Origin: Ranitomeya imitator
Lineage: Eukaryota
Assembly: GCF_032444005.1 (NCBI RefSeq)
Contig: NC_091288.1
Span: forward strand, 203,484,001-203,548,000
Direction: 5' to 3'
DNA: 64,000 nt
The translations under genes and the position numbers were made by a program. How positions within the stretch are numbered: position 1 is the first letter of the stretch; every line of letters begins with the position of its first letter. Positions 13,201 to 28,600 of the stretch are shown here, one piece after another. Below the pieces are notes generated by a model. The model worked only from the letters and a program-made list of their open reading frames with translations. It was not told where the DNA came from and ran no database searches.

Positions 13201-13654
13201 TCATACATTTAAGGTGTCGTCCCTTCTAACGCTTGTTGCTGTGGAATCGGACTGTGTAGACTATAAACTGTGTTTGCGCTACTTTTTACATATTCCTTCA
13301 TTTGCAGCCCAATATTATTTCTCCAAATTGGAAAAAAAAAAGTAATTTTTCCACTGGTTTTAATTTAAAATCTCCTGCTGTTTTATGTACACAGCTCCCA
13401 TGCGTTCTTATATGTTTCCATACTTTCAGTGCATCTGTCCTATACTTCTCTATAACATGTGGTCTGTCAGGGCGGACGGCGGGATCAGACCACGTAGGGC
13501 AGTGGCCACCAGCATGCAGAACTACAACTCCCATCATGCCCTGCAGCGGTAGTTTTGCACCAGTTTGAGGGCCATGACACGGGTTTGCTGTATGCGATCA
13601 TTACTCTGATCCTTGTGACGCTTTCTGTTTTGTAGGGTTAAAGGTTCTCAACAG

Positions 13655-16600
13655 ATGGATCCGGACATTCTTTCCGTGCGTTCTGCTCTCCAAGACATCA
13701 TGGCCGAATTACCCAAGATCAGTGATGGAGACCGACTGGTGGAGGTGCTGTCTGGTGCCAAGCGCTACCTTGGGGAAGGAGAGGACCCGGCGTCTGCTCA
13801 GGAAATTTCCGAATTCAACAGAACACATTACACTCCTTTCCTTAGGTTTTTGGTGGCTCATATGGGACCCCAGTGGTTTGACCTTTTGACGTCTGACCGT
13901 TTGGATCTATGGGATGTTTTTTTCTTAGATGGTCCAGCTGACCAGGCTTTCCTAGTACTGATGGACAGCTTGGTGAGAACAGGGTGAGTATATACGAGGC
14001 GGCTACAAAATGATCAGTTTCACACGTCCGACGTTCACCGCCCAAGTACAGACAATATTGCCCTGACCGTCCGCGGGTCTCCGGACCCCCGAACCAAACA
14101 GCCTTCTATATGCCAGTGATGCTGATGAGATCGGCAGACCCGCTGTCAGTCCTGACATTGTGATCCATACACAGATGAGAACATCAGACTTGTGAAACCT
14201 GCCCTAGACCTTGGCCACATGTTACGTTTTTGCCGTGCAGTTTGGAAGGGTAAAAAAAAAAAAATCGTACCAGAAAAGTGACAATTTCTAAATCACATGA
14301 ACGTGCTGCGTATTTGTTTTCCAAGCGGATTTTAACCATCAAATTTGCAGCGTGTCAATTCTTTCAGCGTTTTTTTTGCAGCGTTTTTCACTAATTCAAA
14401 TACATTGAAAAGAAAACAAAAGCGTCAAAATCATCCATATTTTACAATGTTTTTCCTCCTAAAACTCTTTTTTTGGCGCAGAACAATCTGCTGCAAATAC
14501 TCAACATGTTCACATATATAGGTCACCTTCATAGGAACATAAAATGCATAAAAGGAAGAGAATTCCCAGCATTTTCCCCTTTAATATCCCCCTCTGCTTT
14601 GCTCTTATTTTGACTGTTCTGAGAAGATGAACCATTTAGTTCCTCACAAATCTGTGCCTGGTTGTAAGACATCTGGCTGCAGCAGGAGCCTCCCCCCTTT
14701 TCTCGAAGAACATAAAGGCCAGACTATTTACTTGTATTGCTTATTTTTTCCTCCTTTGATTCCATTTTCAGACTGATTTCCATTCTTTCCATGCCATGTT
14801 CAGCTCCCTCCAGCACAACCCGCTCTGCTCTCATTCCAGGCCCTGCGTCCGCCTCGATCGCTGTATTCACGTGCTGGAGAAGTTCCTGCAGCGCGGAGCA
14901 CTCGCCGACGTCATCTGGGAGGTTTGTCAGCAGCAGCTGGAGGCGACACCGACTCCGATTTTGCATGAAGCCGTCCTGACGAGGATCTGCAGCTTACCCG
15001 ATCACCTGGCCAATTGTCTCCAGAAACACAATAAAGCCGCTTTCTACCCTAAAAACTATTACCCCCGTGTGGGGAACGCCATTCTGCGTGTACTACAGAT
15101 GGTTTCTGTATCCCTAAGAGGTGAGGGGAGACGTAAAGAAAATATATAGGTGTGAGAGTTACCAAAACTGGTGCAAAGAGAAGGTGGAGCAGATCACTGC
15201 CATCAGTTCCCACAGAGCTGATACCTGATCACCCGCATTAGTTTTGGCAAATCTCACCCCATCCCCCATTGTCTGGGCATTATAGGACTTCTCTGACTGA
15301 TGGAGCATATCGGGATGATCTGCTCTGCCGTGAAAATGAGGAATTGCTCTGTAACATCAGGAAGCTCACACTATTCTTTTTTTCTTAGATGGGAAAGGTT
15401 GCTCCATCTCTTTCGTATCTCAGGTCCTGGGTAAAGTCTGTATGCAGGGTCGGCAGCGTGAGTATCCTGGAGATGATTTCCTAACCACTGTAGTCCAAAA
15501 ACAAAAAAGGTGAAACAACCATTTTTCCATATGCCCTATTAGGTGATCATCATTGGGGTGGGACAGGGACTTATTCCTGGAAGTGGCAGCTGCAGTGGGG
15601 GTCTGATAATTGCAGCAACTCTCATATTTAAAGAGTTAACTGGGTCGTCCTATTTCGGTCACTGATTTTATACACATGGGATAGGTCACCAGTCACAAGA
15701 ACGACTGTCAGTGGAAAGTGGTTCGAGCTCCCATACAGATGAATGTAGAGAGCTGCACATGTGCGGCCACCTCTCCGCTGACATCGGACCATGATGGTGC
15801 CCACCCTTATCTGTCATACATTTCTAGTATGCTTTAGTGAATGAGATAGAAATACCCCTTTATGCAAAGTTTATGTCGGTATGTAAGAATTGTGAGGACT
15901 TGTATCTGATTGCAGAGGAGCTGTTTTCCGTACTGGTCCCTCGGCTGACCACGCTGGTCCAGTCGGACTGCATCTGGCAGAGGATGTGCTGGAGGCTGAT
16001 CGAGTCTGTCCCTGACAGGTGGATGGAGCCGGTGGTAACTGGGCTGGTTCAGTCAGCAGATGGGTAAGTGCCACATGTTTAGTTAGATCTGACCTGATGA
16101 TCTCTTTCTTTAATTAATGAAAATTATTTAGGTTCGTTAGGACTGTCTTATCACATCTTTATGGGCATTCCTATTAAAGGGTATGACCAACTTTGCAGCC
16201 ATTTTTGTATGGCTTTGACACATCTTAAGGACTCACGCAGACATCCATGAAATGGGGTCCACGGACGGACGGACGGACGGACTGTCTGACAACGAGTTTC
16301 CTGACCTGAACTCGGCAGCCTCTTATACGCCTAGGAGGCTGGTGAGATCGGATCAGGAGACCTGCGGCCAGTCCGTATTTCATGGACCACTGTATGAGCC
16401 CTAATTGGGGGGGGGAGCATCTTTTCTATATCGTTTTGATAACAAACAAAAAAATCTCCAACTGTGTTGTGTTTGCAGCTCTAATGCAGACCATTGTGTT
16501 GCCATGGTTACAGACTACAAACAGTTCCCGCGTAGTCTGATCCTACAGCCTCCTTTGTCGTTCTCAGGTCCGCGTCTCTCTCGCAGTTACTGGGAGATCT

Positions 16601-19600
16601 GGTGCTGAAGAATAAGAAGACGCAGTTCTTACTCACGCAGAAGATGCTGTTCCTGCAGTACGGTCTCAAGGTGATGATCGCGCTGCGCCCGCATCATTGC
16701 TCTAAGGAAGTCGCATCATTTGGGTTTTAAAGGTGTCTATTTTATTTTTTAATGTCCTTGTTAGAAAGAAATGCTGCAGAGCGTCCTGGGCTACCTGTCC
16801 ATGGAGAGCAGTCGCCGGCCATTACTGACGAAGGTAGGACTGAACAGGGGCGATAAGTAATGACTTTAAACTCCTTCCTACAAAATGCATCCGATCACCG
16901 CTGACCATGACGCCGGCGGCTCGAGCCGGGCACCTCTGTGTCCATCACATAGCCGGGACCGCCATGATGTGTCCATTGTAGGACAGCGAGCGGAGATCTT
17001 AAAAGTTTGATACAGAAATTAGAAAATTGTCGAACTTTCCATTACACTATAACTTTATATATTGTACATTCCCAGACTGTGAAGCAGCTCCTGGACGTGT
17101 GGTCGTCGGGCAGCGTGGTCAAGCACTCGCCGTACCCCCAGCTCCTCCACCTCAGCCGCTCCATTTTTATTTGCTTGTTTCTTTTGAACAAAGAAGAAAT
17201 TTCTGCCTGCAGACCGGGTACGAGCTCGTGAACCGCGGCCGCACCGTGTCCATATTGTTCTCCTTAGCAATGACTTTCCCTTCTGCTCCAGAGATGCTCC
17301 TGGCCCTGACGGCCGGGACTCGCCTGTATCTGGACAGCTCTGTTCCCCCCGTCAGATGTTTGGGCATGGTGGTCGCTGAGTGTCTGAGCCGGTACTTGGA
17401 GCCTGACGGTCCTACTCTGGCTTTCCAAGTAAGACTTTCTGTGGCTTTATTACCAAGGTCACTATCGTAAAAAGCAGAGAGACGGGGATTATTCCCAGCA
17501 TTGCAGGGTGGGGTACTATTGTCTGCAACACTGGGGGTCCTGCTATTTGTTATGTCCCCCAATTAGATTGTTGTGTTAAAGCCAAAAGTATATAGATATA
17601 AGACACATAAAACATTTACTCTCTGTGTACACACATTACTGATCCTGATTTACATCCTGTATTATACCCCAGAGCTGCACTCACTATTCTGCTGGTGCAG
17701 TCCCTGTGTACATACATTACATTACTGATCCTGAGTTACATCCTGTATTATACTCCAGAGCTGCACTCACTATTCTGCTGGTGCAGTCACTGTGTACATA
17801 CATTACATTACTGATCCTGAGTTACATCCTGTATTATACTCCAGAGCTGCACTCACTATTCTGCTGGTGCAGTCACTGTGTACATACATTACATTACTGA
17901 TCCTGAGTTACATCCTGTATTATACTCCAGAGCTGCACTCACTATTCTGCTGGTGCAGTCATTGTGTACATACATTACATTACTGATCCTGAGTTACATC
18001 CTGTATTATATTCCAGAGCTGCACTCACTATTCTGCTGGTGCAGTCACTGTGTACATACATTACATCACTGATCCTGAGTTACATCCTGTATTATACCCC
18101 AGAGCTGCATTCACTATTCTGCTGGTGCCGTCACTGTGTACATACATTACTGATCCTGTACTGATCCTGAGTTACATCCTGTATTATCCTCCAGAGCTGC
18201 ACTCACTATTCTGCTGGTGCAGTCACTGTGTACATACATTACTGATCCTGAGTTACCTCCTGTATTATCCTCCAGAGCTGCACTCACTATTCTGCTGGCG
18301 CAGTCACTGTGTACATACATTACATTACTGATCCTGAGTAACATCTTGTATTATACCCCAGAGCTGCACTCACTATTCTGCTGGTGCAGTCACTGTGTAC
18401 ATACATTACATTACTGATCCTGAGTTACATCCTGTATTATACTCCAGAGCTGCACTCACTATTCTGCTGGGGCAGTCACTGTGTACATACATTACATTAC
18501 TGATCCTGAGTTACATCCTGTATTATACTCCAGAGCTGCGCTCACTATTCTGCTGGTGCAGTCACTGTGTACATACATTATATTACTGATACTGAGTTAC
18601 ATCCGGTATTATACTCCAGAGCTGCGCTCACTATTCTGCTGGTGCAGTCACTGTGTACATACATTACATTACTGATCCTGAGTTACATCCTGTATTATAC
18701 TCCAGAGCTGCACTCACTATTCTGCTGGTGCAGTCACTGTGTACATACATTACATTACTGATCCTGAGTTACATCCTGTATTATACTCCAGAGCTGCGCT
18801 CACTATTCTGCTGGTGCAGTCACTGTGTACATACATTACATTACTGATCCTGAGTTACATCCTGTATTATACTCCAGAGCTGCGCTCACTATTCTGCTGG
18901 TGCAGTCACTGTGTACATACATTACATTACTGATCCTGAGTTACATCCGGTATTATACTCCAGAGCTGCACTCACTATTCTGCTGGTGCAGTCACTGTGT
19001 ACATACATTACATTACATTAGTGATCCTGAGTTACATCCGGTATTATACTCCAGAGCTGCACTCACTATTCTGCTGGTGCAGTCACTGTGTACATACATT
19101 ACATTACATTACATTACTGATCCTGAGTTACATCCGGTATTATACTCCAGAGCTGCACTCACTATTCTGCTGGTGCAGTCACTGTGTACATACATTACAT
19201 TACTGATCCTGAGTTACATCCTGTATTATACCCCCGACCTGCACTCACTATTCTGCTGGTGCAGTCACTGTGTACATACATTACATTACTGATCCTGAGT
19301 TACATCCTGTATTATACTCCAGAGCTGCACTCACTATTCTGCTGGTGCAGTCACTGTGTACATACATTACATTTCTGATCCTGAGTTACATCCTGTATTA
19401 TACTCCAGAGCTGCGCTCACTATTCTGCTGGTGCAGTCACTGTGTACATACATTACATTACTGATCCTGAGTTACATCCTGTATTATACTCCACAGCTGC
19501 ACTCACTATTCTGCTGGTGCAGTCACTGTGTACATACATTACATTACTGATCCTGAGTTACATCCTGTATTATACCCCAGAGCTGCACTCACTATTCTGC

Positions 19601-22600
19601 TGGTGCAGTCACTGTGTACATACATTACATTACTGATCCTGAGTTACATCCTGTATTATACTCCAGAGCTGCGCTCACTGTTCTGCTGGTGCAGTCACTG
19701 TGTACATACATTACATTACTGATCCTGAGTTACATCCGGTATTATACTCCAGAGCTGCACTCACTATTCTGCTGGTGCAGTCACTGTGTACATACATTAC
19801 ATTACATTAGTGATCCTGAGTTACATCCGGTATTATACTCCAGAGCTGCACTCACTATTCTGCTGGTGCAGTCACTGTGTACATACATTACATTACTGAT
19901 CCTGAGTTACATCCTGTATTATACCCCAGAGCTGCACTCACTATTCTGCTGGTGCAGTCACTGTGTACATACATTACATTACTGATCCTGAGTTACATCC
20001 GGTATTATACTCCAGAGCTGCACTCACTATTCTGCTGGTGCAGTCACTGTGTACATACATTACATTACATTAGTGATCCTGAGTTACATCCGATATTATA
20101 CTCCAGAGCTGCACTCACTATTCTGCTGGTGCAGTCACTGTGTACATACATTACATTACTGATCCTGAGTTACTTCCTGTATTATACCCCAGAGCTGCAC
20201 TCACTATTCTGCTTTTGGAAACATGCATGAGTCTAAGGGTATGTGCACACTTTGCGGATTTGGCTGCGGATCTGCAGCAGTTTTCCATGCGTTGTACAGT
20301 ACCATGTAAACCTATGGAAAACCAAATCCGCAGTGCACATGCTGCGAAAAATTCCATGCAGAAACGCTGTGGTTTATTTTCCGCAGCATGCCAATTCTTT
20401 GGGCGGATTCTGCAGTGTTTTACACCTATTCCTTAATAGGAATCCGCAGGTGAAAAAACGTAGGCGAATTCCACACAAAATCCCGCAGAAAACCCGCAGG
20501 TAAAACGCAGGGCGTTTTACCTACGGATTCTGCACAATCTGTACGGAAAAATCCGCAATGGAATCCGCAACGTGTGCACATACCCTAAACCTACAAATGT
20601 AAACTATTAATCTTTTATAGTATCAAGAAAATGAGGAAATCAAAGATCTGAAGTCTCTGCTGACTCCTCCCTCCGTCTGTGCAGAGGATCCTGCTGTGGC
20701 TGCGACGGTTACATCTGAGAGGTAAATGGATGACGTGGCGCCCACCTTGTTGGTTCCCCAGACCTCCTCATCCCGTGCTCATGTCTGTATATTACGGCTT
20801 CACAGCTCCTGCTCCACACCTGAGACGTCTAAGAATAATGACAAACCGGATGGAGGGTCCAAAGCGGACACCGGAGCGGACTCTGACCTGGATAGGTGCG
20901 TGATCAGTGGTGCACCAGCGTCGTAGTTCTGTGCATATATATCACAGCTGAAGAAGCGGTATTAATTACCGTGTATACCATATTTGACAATAATGTAGAT
21001 ATTAGTGGTAGCAAACTGGGCAATTGCACTGAGCCCTTTTTTTCTGGCGGCTCTCCAAGACACGGAACCCGAGGCTCAAACTAAAACCATCCAACATCAT
21101 GTAGCATTGTATAGCAGTATTCTTTAGGAATTTAATTGTAGTTTTATATGCAGCAATAACTATCAGGTAGTTGCTGCTTAGTCCTGCACTTCGGCTTGAA
21201 GGAATTTTACAAAACAGCTTCAACTCTGTTAGTTTGTTTTTTCCCATGAACAGTTCTCATCAAGTCCTCCAGCAATATTACTTTAGGACTTTCTCCTTGT
21301 AGTCCTGCCATGTACAATGGTGGACTCACTGAATATTAATATCTAATGTGAGAGAGACCTTTAGTTGCTTAGAAGTGACCTTGGGTTCCTTTGTGATCTC
21401 ACAGACTACTATACGCTTTGCTCTTGGAGTGATCTTTGTTGTCCGACCTCTCCTGGGGGAGGTAATAATGGTCTTCAATTTATTCTATTCTTGAAAATCT
21501 CTTTTGTTCGGGCCGTGATACACTTCCACAAACGTGAAGATCAAACGGTGATAGATCCCTGTTTAATTTCACCTTCAACTCGGGACTAATCACGCTCCAT
21601 AACGGGTGCCTGCGTCTATCGGCAGCGATCACTGATGGTGGCATTTAAGTGTACTGGTTTCCAGTGTGCCCTTGTACTGGTTACCATCGCAAGAAGCAAA
21701 TGGGCCGGACGTAATAGGAGAATTGTCATTTTCTCTATATACTGCCGCACAGTTTCGCAGGATACAGATCAAGCAATTTGTGCAAACACAGGTTTAAATC
21801 CCCTAAAGGGACTAAAAAAAGTTAATGCATTTACGTCTGCAGCTGCGGGGCCTTTTTTTTTTTTTGTGGCTTCCATAATGCTGAAACTGCAGGATAATGG
21901 ATCTGGTAGACCCCATTGTTGAAATGTGTCGTCTCATCATAAATAGGTTACTTTTCAAAGTAACTTTGTGATGATTAAAAATGCCACTCATGAAAAATCT
22001 GCCACTTTCTCAAGAACAAAGAGATTTTATATTTTGTTGCTTGTTGCCAAGTTACCGGCCACCTCTACTGTCTAGCAGTGGTGGCCGTATTCATAGGCTA
22101 GGAGAACACAGTATTATGTGGACTGTGTGGCAGTATTATCCTTTCAATGTATGGAGGTATTATGTGGACTGTATATGGCAGTATTATCCTTTCAATCTAT
22201 GGAGGTATTATGTGGACTATATGGCAGTATTATTCTGTCGGTGTATGGCGGTATTATGTGGACTGTATGGCAGTATTATCCTTTCAATGTATGGAGGTAT
22301 TATTTGGACTGTATGGCAGTATTATCCTGTCAGTGTATGGAGGTATTATGTGGACTGTATGGCAGTATTATCCTGTCAGTGTATGGAGGTATTATGTGGA
22401 CTGTATGGCAGTATTATCCTTTCAATGTATGGAGGTATTATGTGGACTGTATGGCAGTGTTATCCTGTCAATGTTTGGATGTATTTTGTGGACTGTATAT
22501 GGCAGTATTATCCTGTCAATGTATGGAGGTATTATGTGGACTGTATGGCAGTATTATCCTGTCAATGTTTGGATGTATTTTGTGGACTGTATATGGCAGT

Positions 22601-25600
22601 ATTATCCTTTCAATGTTTGGAGGTATTATGTGGACTGTATGGCAGTGTTATCTTGTCAATGTTTGGATATATTTTGTGGACTGTGTATGGCAGTATTATC
22701 CTGTCAATGTAGGTAGGTATTATTTAGACTGTATATGGCAGTATGGAGGTATTATGTGGACTGTATATGGCAGTATTATCCTGTCAATGTAGGTAGATAT
22801 TATGTAGACTGTATATGGCAGTATTATTGTCAATGTATGGAGGTATTATCTGGACTTTATATGGCAGTATTATCCTGTCAATGAAAGGCGGTATTATGTA
22901 GACTGTATATGGCAGTATTATCCTGTCAATGTATGGAGGTATTATGTGGACTGTATATGGCAGTATTATTGTCAATGTAGGTAGGTATTATGTAGACTGT
23001 ATATGGCAGTATTATCCTGTCAATGTATGGAGGTATTATGTGGACTGTATATGGCAGTATTATCCTGTCAATGTATGGAGGTATTATGTGGACTGTATAT
23101 GGCAGTATTATTGTCAATGTAGGTAGGTATTATGTAGACTGTATATGGCAGTATTATCCTGTCAATGTATGGAGGTATTATGTGGACTGTATATGGCAGT
23201 ATTATCCTGTCAATCTATGGAGGTATTATGTGGACTGTATATGGCAGTATTATCCTATCAATGTATGGAGGTATTATGTGGACTGTATATGGCAGTATAA
23301 TTTTTTCAATGTATGGAGGTATTATGTGGACTGTATATGACAGTATTATCCTGTCAATGTTTGGAGGTATTATGTAGACTGTATATGGCAGTATTATTGT
23401 CAATGTAGGTAGTTATTATGTAGACTGTATATGGCAGTATTATCCTGTCAATGTATGGAGGTATTATGTGGACTGTATATGGCAGTATTATCCTGTCAAT
23501 CTATGGAGGTATTATGTGGACTGTATATGGCAGTATTATCCTATCAATGTATGGAGGTATTATGTGGACTGTATATGGCAGTATTATTGTCAATGTAGGT
23601 AGTTATTATGTAGACTGTATATGGCAGTATTATCCTGTCAATGTATGGAGGTATTATGTGGACTGTATATGACAGTATTATCCTGTCAATGTTTGGAGGT
23701 ATTATGTGGACTGTATATGGCAGTATTATCTTGGAAGTGTACAAGTGGGCGGTATATAGTAGTATTATATTGATTCTAGCAGTATTTTTTGGGCACTGTA
23801 CAATGATATTCTGTAGTAGTATTATATTGGTAATCTTCCCTTATATCATTAGTGAGGACCATGTTTTTTTTTTATATCTCAGCCTGCTTCTGGCCTCCAT
23901 ATTTTTTTTTTTCCTTCCATTGATTTTTGTGCTGTATTTTTTATTCCCTGACCGTTGTCTCCTTATTCCCGTGGACAGTGATGATGACCTGTCTCCATAT
24001 GACATGAGCACCGACACCGAGCTGAAGAAAGGCAAAATTCCAGCATATATCCGGGACTGTATGGAAGGTGGGTGATCAAAGTGGAGTAGAAAAAAAATAT
24101 TTTGCTATCCTCGAAAGTAATGTTATATTGCTATGATATGACATCACATTCTCATTGGCGGGGTCCGACATCGGGGACCACTGACGCTTGCAGCCAGCGG
24201 TTGTTAAGGGATAATTGTGAAGGAGCTGCATTTTCTTAAGGATTAGTGATGGTCCCAGGAGTCTGTTCCCCGCTATTTAGAAAGTGCTGACGAGTGATGA
24301 GTGAACGGGCTCGATTAAGGTGTTATCTCAGCATGCTCCGGTGCTAACCAAGTGACTTTGGCATGCTCGAAAAATATGTTTGAGTCCTTGCGGCTGCTCG
24401 ACAGGCACAACATATGCAGCCGCCGGGACTTGCCGAAGACAGTTGTTGACAGCAAACACATCTCGTACGTGCTGAAGAATAGAAACACTTCCTAATAAAG
24501 TTCTAAAACTTTTTAATTAACAGCATGAATAAATTGGGTTTACCTATAATATTTTTTATATAATTTTCTATTTCCTTAGTGCTGCTTTCGGAAGATTTGG
24601 AAAAACTAGAGGTAACCATGGCCTCAATATCCAGCTTGATTCGATCAAACCCTTCTGCGACCAAAGAGGTAAAAATGGAGACCACGTAAGAAGACGTGAA
24701 AGAATAATGAGCAACGCAACCATGAGTGTGTGGTTCAAGGATAAATGCGAATGGTTCTATCTCCGGTAGGTCAGCACCGAGCTTGTCAAAATCCTCCTGC
24801 ACCTCGATGACCGCCCCGGCGTGGAGAATTTCCCACAGCTGAGATATGCAGCCATGGTGTCGGTCGCGGTTATTGATCCTGTACCCGTAAGTGTCTGCAC
24901 TCGTTACTTATCCATTAATATGTGGTTTGAAGTTGGGGAAAATCCCCTCTAAGCCCCTTCTGGCATCCTGCGTGGGGTGCTGATGAATGGGACAGAGCCT
25001 TCTCCACACATGGAGCCTGCCAGCTGTGCTGTACAGCCGGCGTCCACCTCTAACGGCAGCTACCGCAGCGGCGGGATGGACCCCTTTAAAAGCCATTGCC
25101 AATCTATGACAGCGTTGTCTGCATGCAATCGCGGTGGGACGATGTGAACCCCTCTCTCACTTCTTCCAAGTTTAAAAAATAAAGTAAAATATTAAAAGTT
25201 GGCATCGCTGCATCCATACCGTTCTTCCATCACAACTAAACCTTCCTCATTTTTTTTCCCCCCCCCACAGGTGTCTCAGTATCTCACCGGAGAATTCTAC
25301 TCCTTAAACTACAGCCTGCGACAGCGGATGGATATATTAGATGTACGTCCGTCCTATTGTTTCCTGTTGCTGTGTCCCCAGCTGCGGTGCAGTCTAATGT
25401 GTCTCCATGGTGACAGACTACAAACAAACCTCCTGTGTTGTCAGATTCCACAGTCACGCTCCCGTCCATTTGTCCCCTACAGATGACGGCAGTGTGACTG
25501 CAGGATGGGGCTAACGTAGTTCATCATGGAGACGCCTGGATCTGCTGTCATTTGCAAAGTTGCAGGATATTGTCGATGCTTAGGGACAATGCACAGGGGA

Positions 25601-28600
25601 TTGGTTGCAGAGGTAATGTGGCGGGATTTATACAGAGAGGCTTCTCCTCTTACATCAGGTTTTAGTGGCTGCAGCTAAGGAGCTGGCGGAGGCCCCAGAG
25701 GCAGCGACGGGGGAAATCCGGCCTTCAAGGAGCCCACAAAGGAAAGTGAAAGATGACGCACCCGTGGACTGGAGGAAACTTGTAGAAGAGAGGATTGCAA
25801 ACAAGACCAGACGCTTCGCCAAGGTGGATACAACATGAGTATTGTGTGGGATAGTTCTCCTGAATGTCTATATGCAGAGAGCTCCCCCTAGTGGTGACTG
25901 CAGACATAATAATCTTATCCTGAATCTCTATATGCAGAGAGCTCCCCCTAGTGGTGACTGCAGACATAATAATCTTATCCTGAATCTCTATATGCAGAGA
26001 GCTCCTCCTAGTGGTGACTGCAGACATAATAATCTTATCCTGAATCTCTATATGCAGAGAGCTCCCCCTAGTGGTGACTGCAGACATAATAATCTTATCC
26101 TGAATCTCTATATGCAGAGAGCTCCCCCTAGTGGTGACTGCAGGCATAATAATCTTATCCTGAATCTCTATATGCAGAGAGCTCCCCTAGTGGTGACTGT
26201 AGACATAATAATCTTATCCTGAATCTCTATATGCAGTCAGCTCCTCCTAGTGGTGACTGTAGACATAATAATCTTATCCTGAATGTCTATATGCAGAGAG
26301 CTCCCCCTAGTGGTGACTGCAGACAGGTATAATCTTATCCTGAATCTCTGTATGCATAGAGTTCCCCTTAGTGGTGGCTGCAGACAGAATCTTATCATGT
26401 ATCTCTGTATACAGGGAGCTCCCCCCCGTGGTGACTGCAGGCGGACATAATAATCTTACCCTTAATCTCTATATGCAGAGAGCTCCTCCCAGGGTGGCTG
26501 CAGACAGAATCTTATCATGTATCTTTGTATACAGGGAGCTCCCCCTAGTGGTGACTGCAGACAGACAGAATAATCGTACCCTGAATCTCTATAAGCAGAG
26601 AGCTCCCCCTAGTGGTGACTGCAGACAGAATCTTATCCTGAATCTCTATATGCAGAGAGCTCCCCCTAGTGGTGACTGCAGACATAATAATCTTATCCTG
26701 AATCTCTATATGCAGAGAGCTCCCCCTAGTGGTGACTGCAGATATAATAATCTTATCCTGAATCTCTATATGCAGTCAGCTCCTCCTAGTGGTGACTGCA
26801 GGCATAATAATCTTATCCTGAATCTCTATATGCAGTCAGCTCCTCCTAGTGGTGACTGCAGACATAATAATCTTATCCTGAATGTCTGAATGCAGAGAGC
26901 TCCCCCTAGTGGTGACTGCAGACATAATAATCTTATCCTGAATCTCTATATGCAGAGAGCTCCCCCTAGTGGTAACTGCAGACATAATAATCTTATCCTG
27001 AATCTCTATATGCAGAGAGCTCCCCCTAGTGGTGACTGCAGATATAATAATCTTATCCTGAATCTCTGTATGCAGTCAGCTCCTCCTAGTGGTGACTGCA
27101 GACATAATAATCTTATCCTGAATCTCTATATGCAGAGAGCTCCTCCTAGTGGTGACTGCAGACATAATAATCTTATCCTGAATGTCTGTATGCAGAGAGC
27201 TCCCCCTAGTGGTGGCTGCAGATATAGTAATCTTATCCTGAATGTCTATATGCAGAGAGCTCCCCCTAGTGGTGACTGCAGACATAATAATCTTATCCTG
27301 AATCTCTATATGCAGAGAGCTCCCCCTAGTGGTGACTGCAGGCAGAATCTTACCCTGAATCTCTGTATGCAGAGAGCTCCCCCTAGTGGTGACTGCATAC
27401 AGAAATTCAGGATAAGATTCTGTCTGCAGACAGCTCCCCCTAGTGGTGATTGCAGACAGACGGATTCTTATCCTGCATGTAGCGTCCTCTAATGGTGGTT
27501 GCATAAATAAAGCTTATAACTCGGTGTTGTGCAGTGTAATGTTTTGGTCTGTCTATATTTTTCACTGTAGGGTCAAAAAAGTACCACCCCAGCGTCCACA
27601 CCAAACAGATTTCATGGAGTTGTTGGTCACTTCTTCTTTCCACTTATACAGAATTATGACCGGTAAGATATCCACATAAATTTTATGTTTTTCTTCATTT
27701 TTCCACCAAAAGTTAAGGAATGTTATTTAATTTGGTCCAGTGACGGAGGTGTGGTCAGATAAGTAAGAAAACTGGTACAAGGAAAAAGTTGATTACCACT
27801 GCAGCCAATCACATTGCTTCTTTAAGGTCTTGTAAAACAAGATCTGCAATTTGATTGGTGGCTACTTTTTGTCTTGAGCCATCTTTGATGCGGAGCTTCG
27901 CTATCTTGTCTTCCGAGCCTCACATGCGCATCTAGCATCTGACCATTAAGGCAAGTGATTGGCTGCAGCGGTATATGATTCTTTCTTTTCTTTTTTTTGA
28001 CCATTTTTTTTAATACTTCTTTCCAGGCCCATCGTGACATTTGACCTCCTGGGGGAGGATCGTCTGATCCTTGGCCGACTAGTTCACACGTTGGGCATCC
28101 TGATGCATCTGGCATTAAATGCTACGGTAGTGTATACGTGTGCGGGGGATACGGGCGGGCTGAGGGAGTGACATCCGGCTCATATACGTGTATACGGGGG
28201 GCTGATGCCCTCACTCTGCTCTTGTGTTTCCCAGATTGCTTCTCAGATAGGGAAGTCGTTGCTGGAGTTTGTCTTGGTCCTTCGCCTTCATACTGACCCG
28301 TAAGTGCGTAATAAGTCCATATATCGCCCATACATAGCGCAATCACATGTAAGTGATCGGCTTTATTTTACGTCTTGTTTTACAGCTTTGTGAGACAGGG
28401 TCTCCTCTTCTGTGTCTCCACCATCCTTCTAAGTGTTCCCTGGGAGCGACTCATGACCGACATGTCTGAAGAGGTGCTGGAAATGAAGTGCTGGTTGGCA
28501 GGTGAGATGGATGACACAGTATCATAAAGCATGGGCAAGTCTCAATGCATCCTATACAGTCACCCTGGTCAGGCGTTCAGTCCGATCCTCCATGACAGGT

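Noticed and set aside
17623-20212. Regular arrays (86, 60, 93 and 55 bp) as CRISPR-like loci or repeat-protein genes
   Set aside because: They are head-to-tail repeats with no unique spacers and no cas genes, in a eukaryotic genome. The ORFs are periodicity artefacts inside introns or intergenic DNA.
20722-20805. Alternative TELO2 acceptor at 20761
   Set aside because: It would leave a 40-nt intron and shift the frame away from the DSDLDS motif; 20805 keeps the frame.
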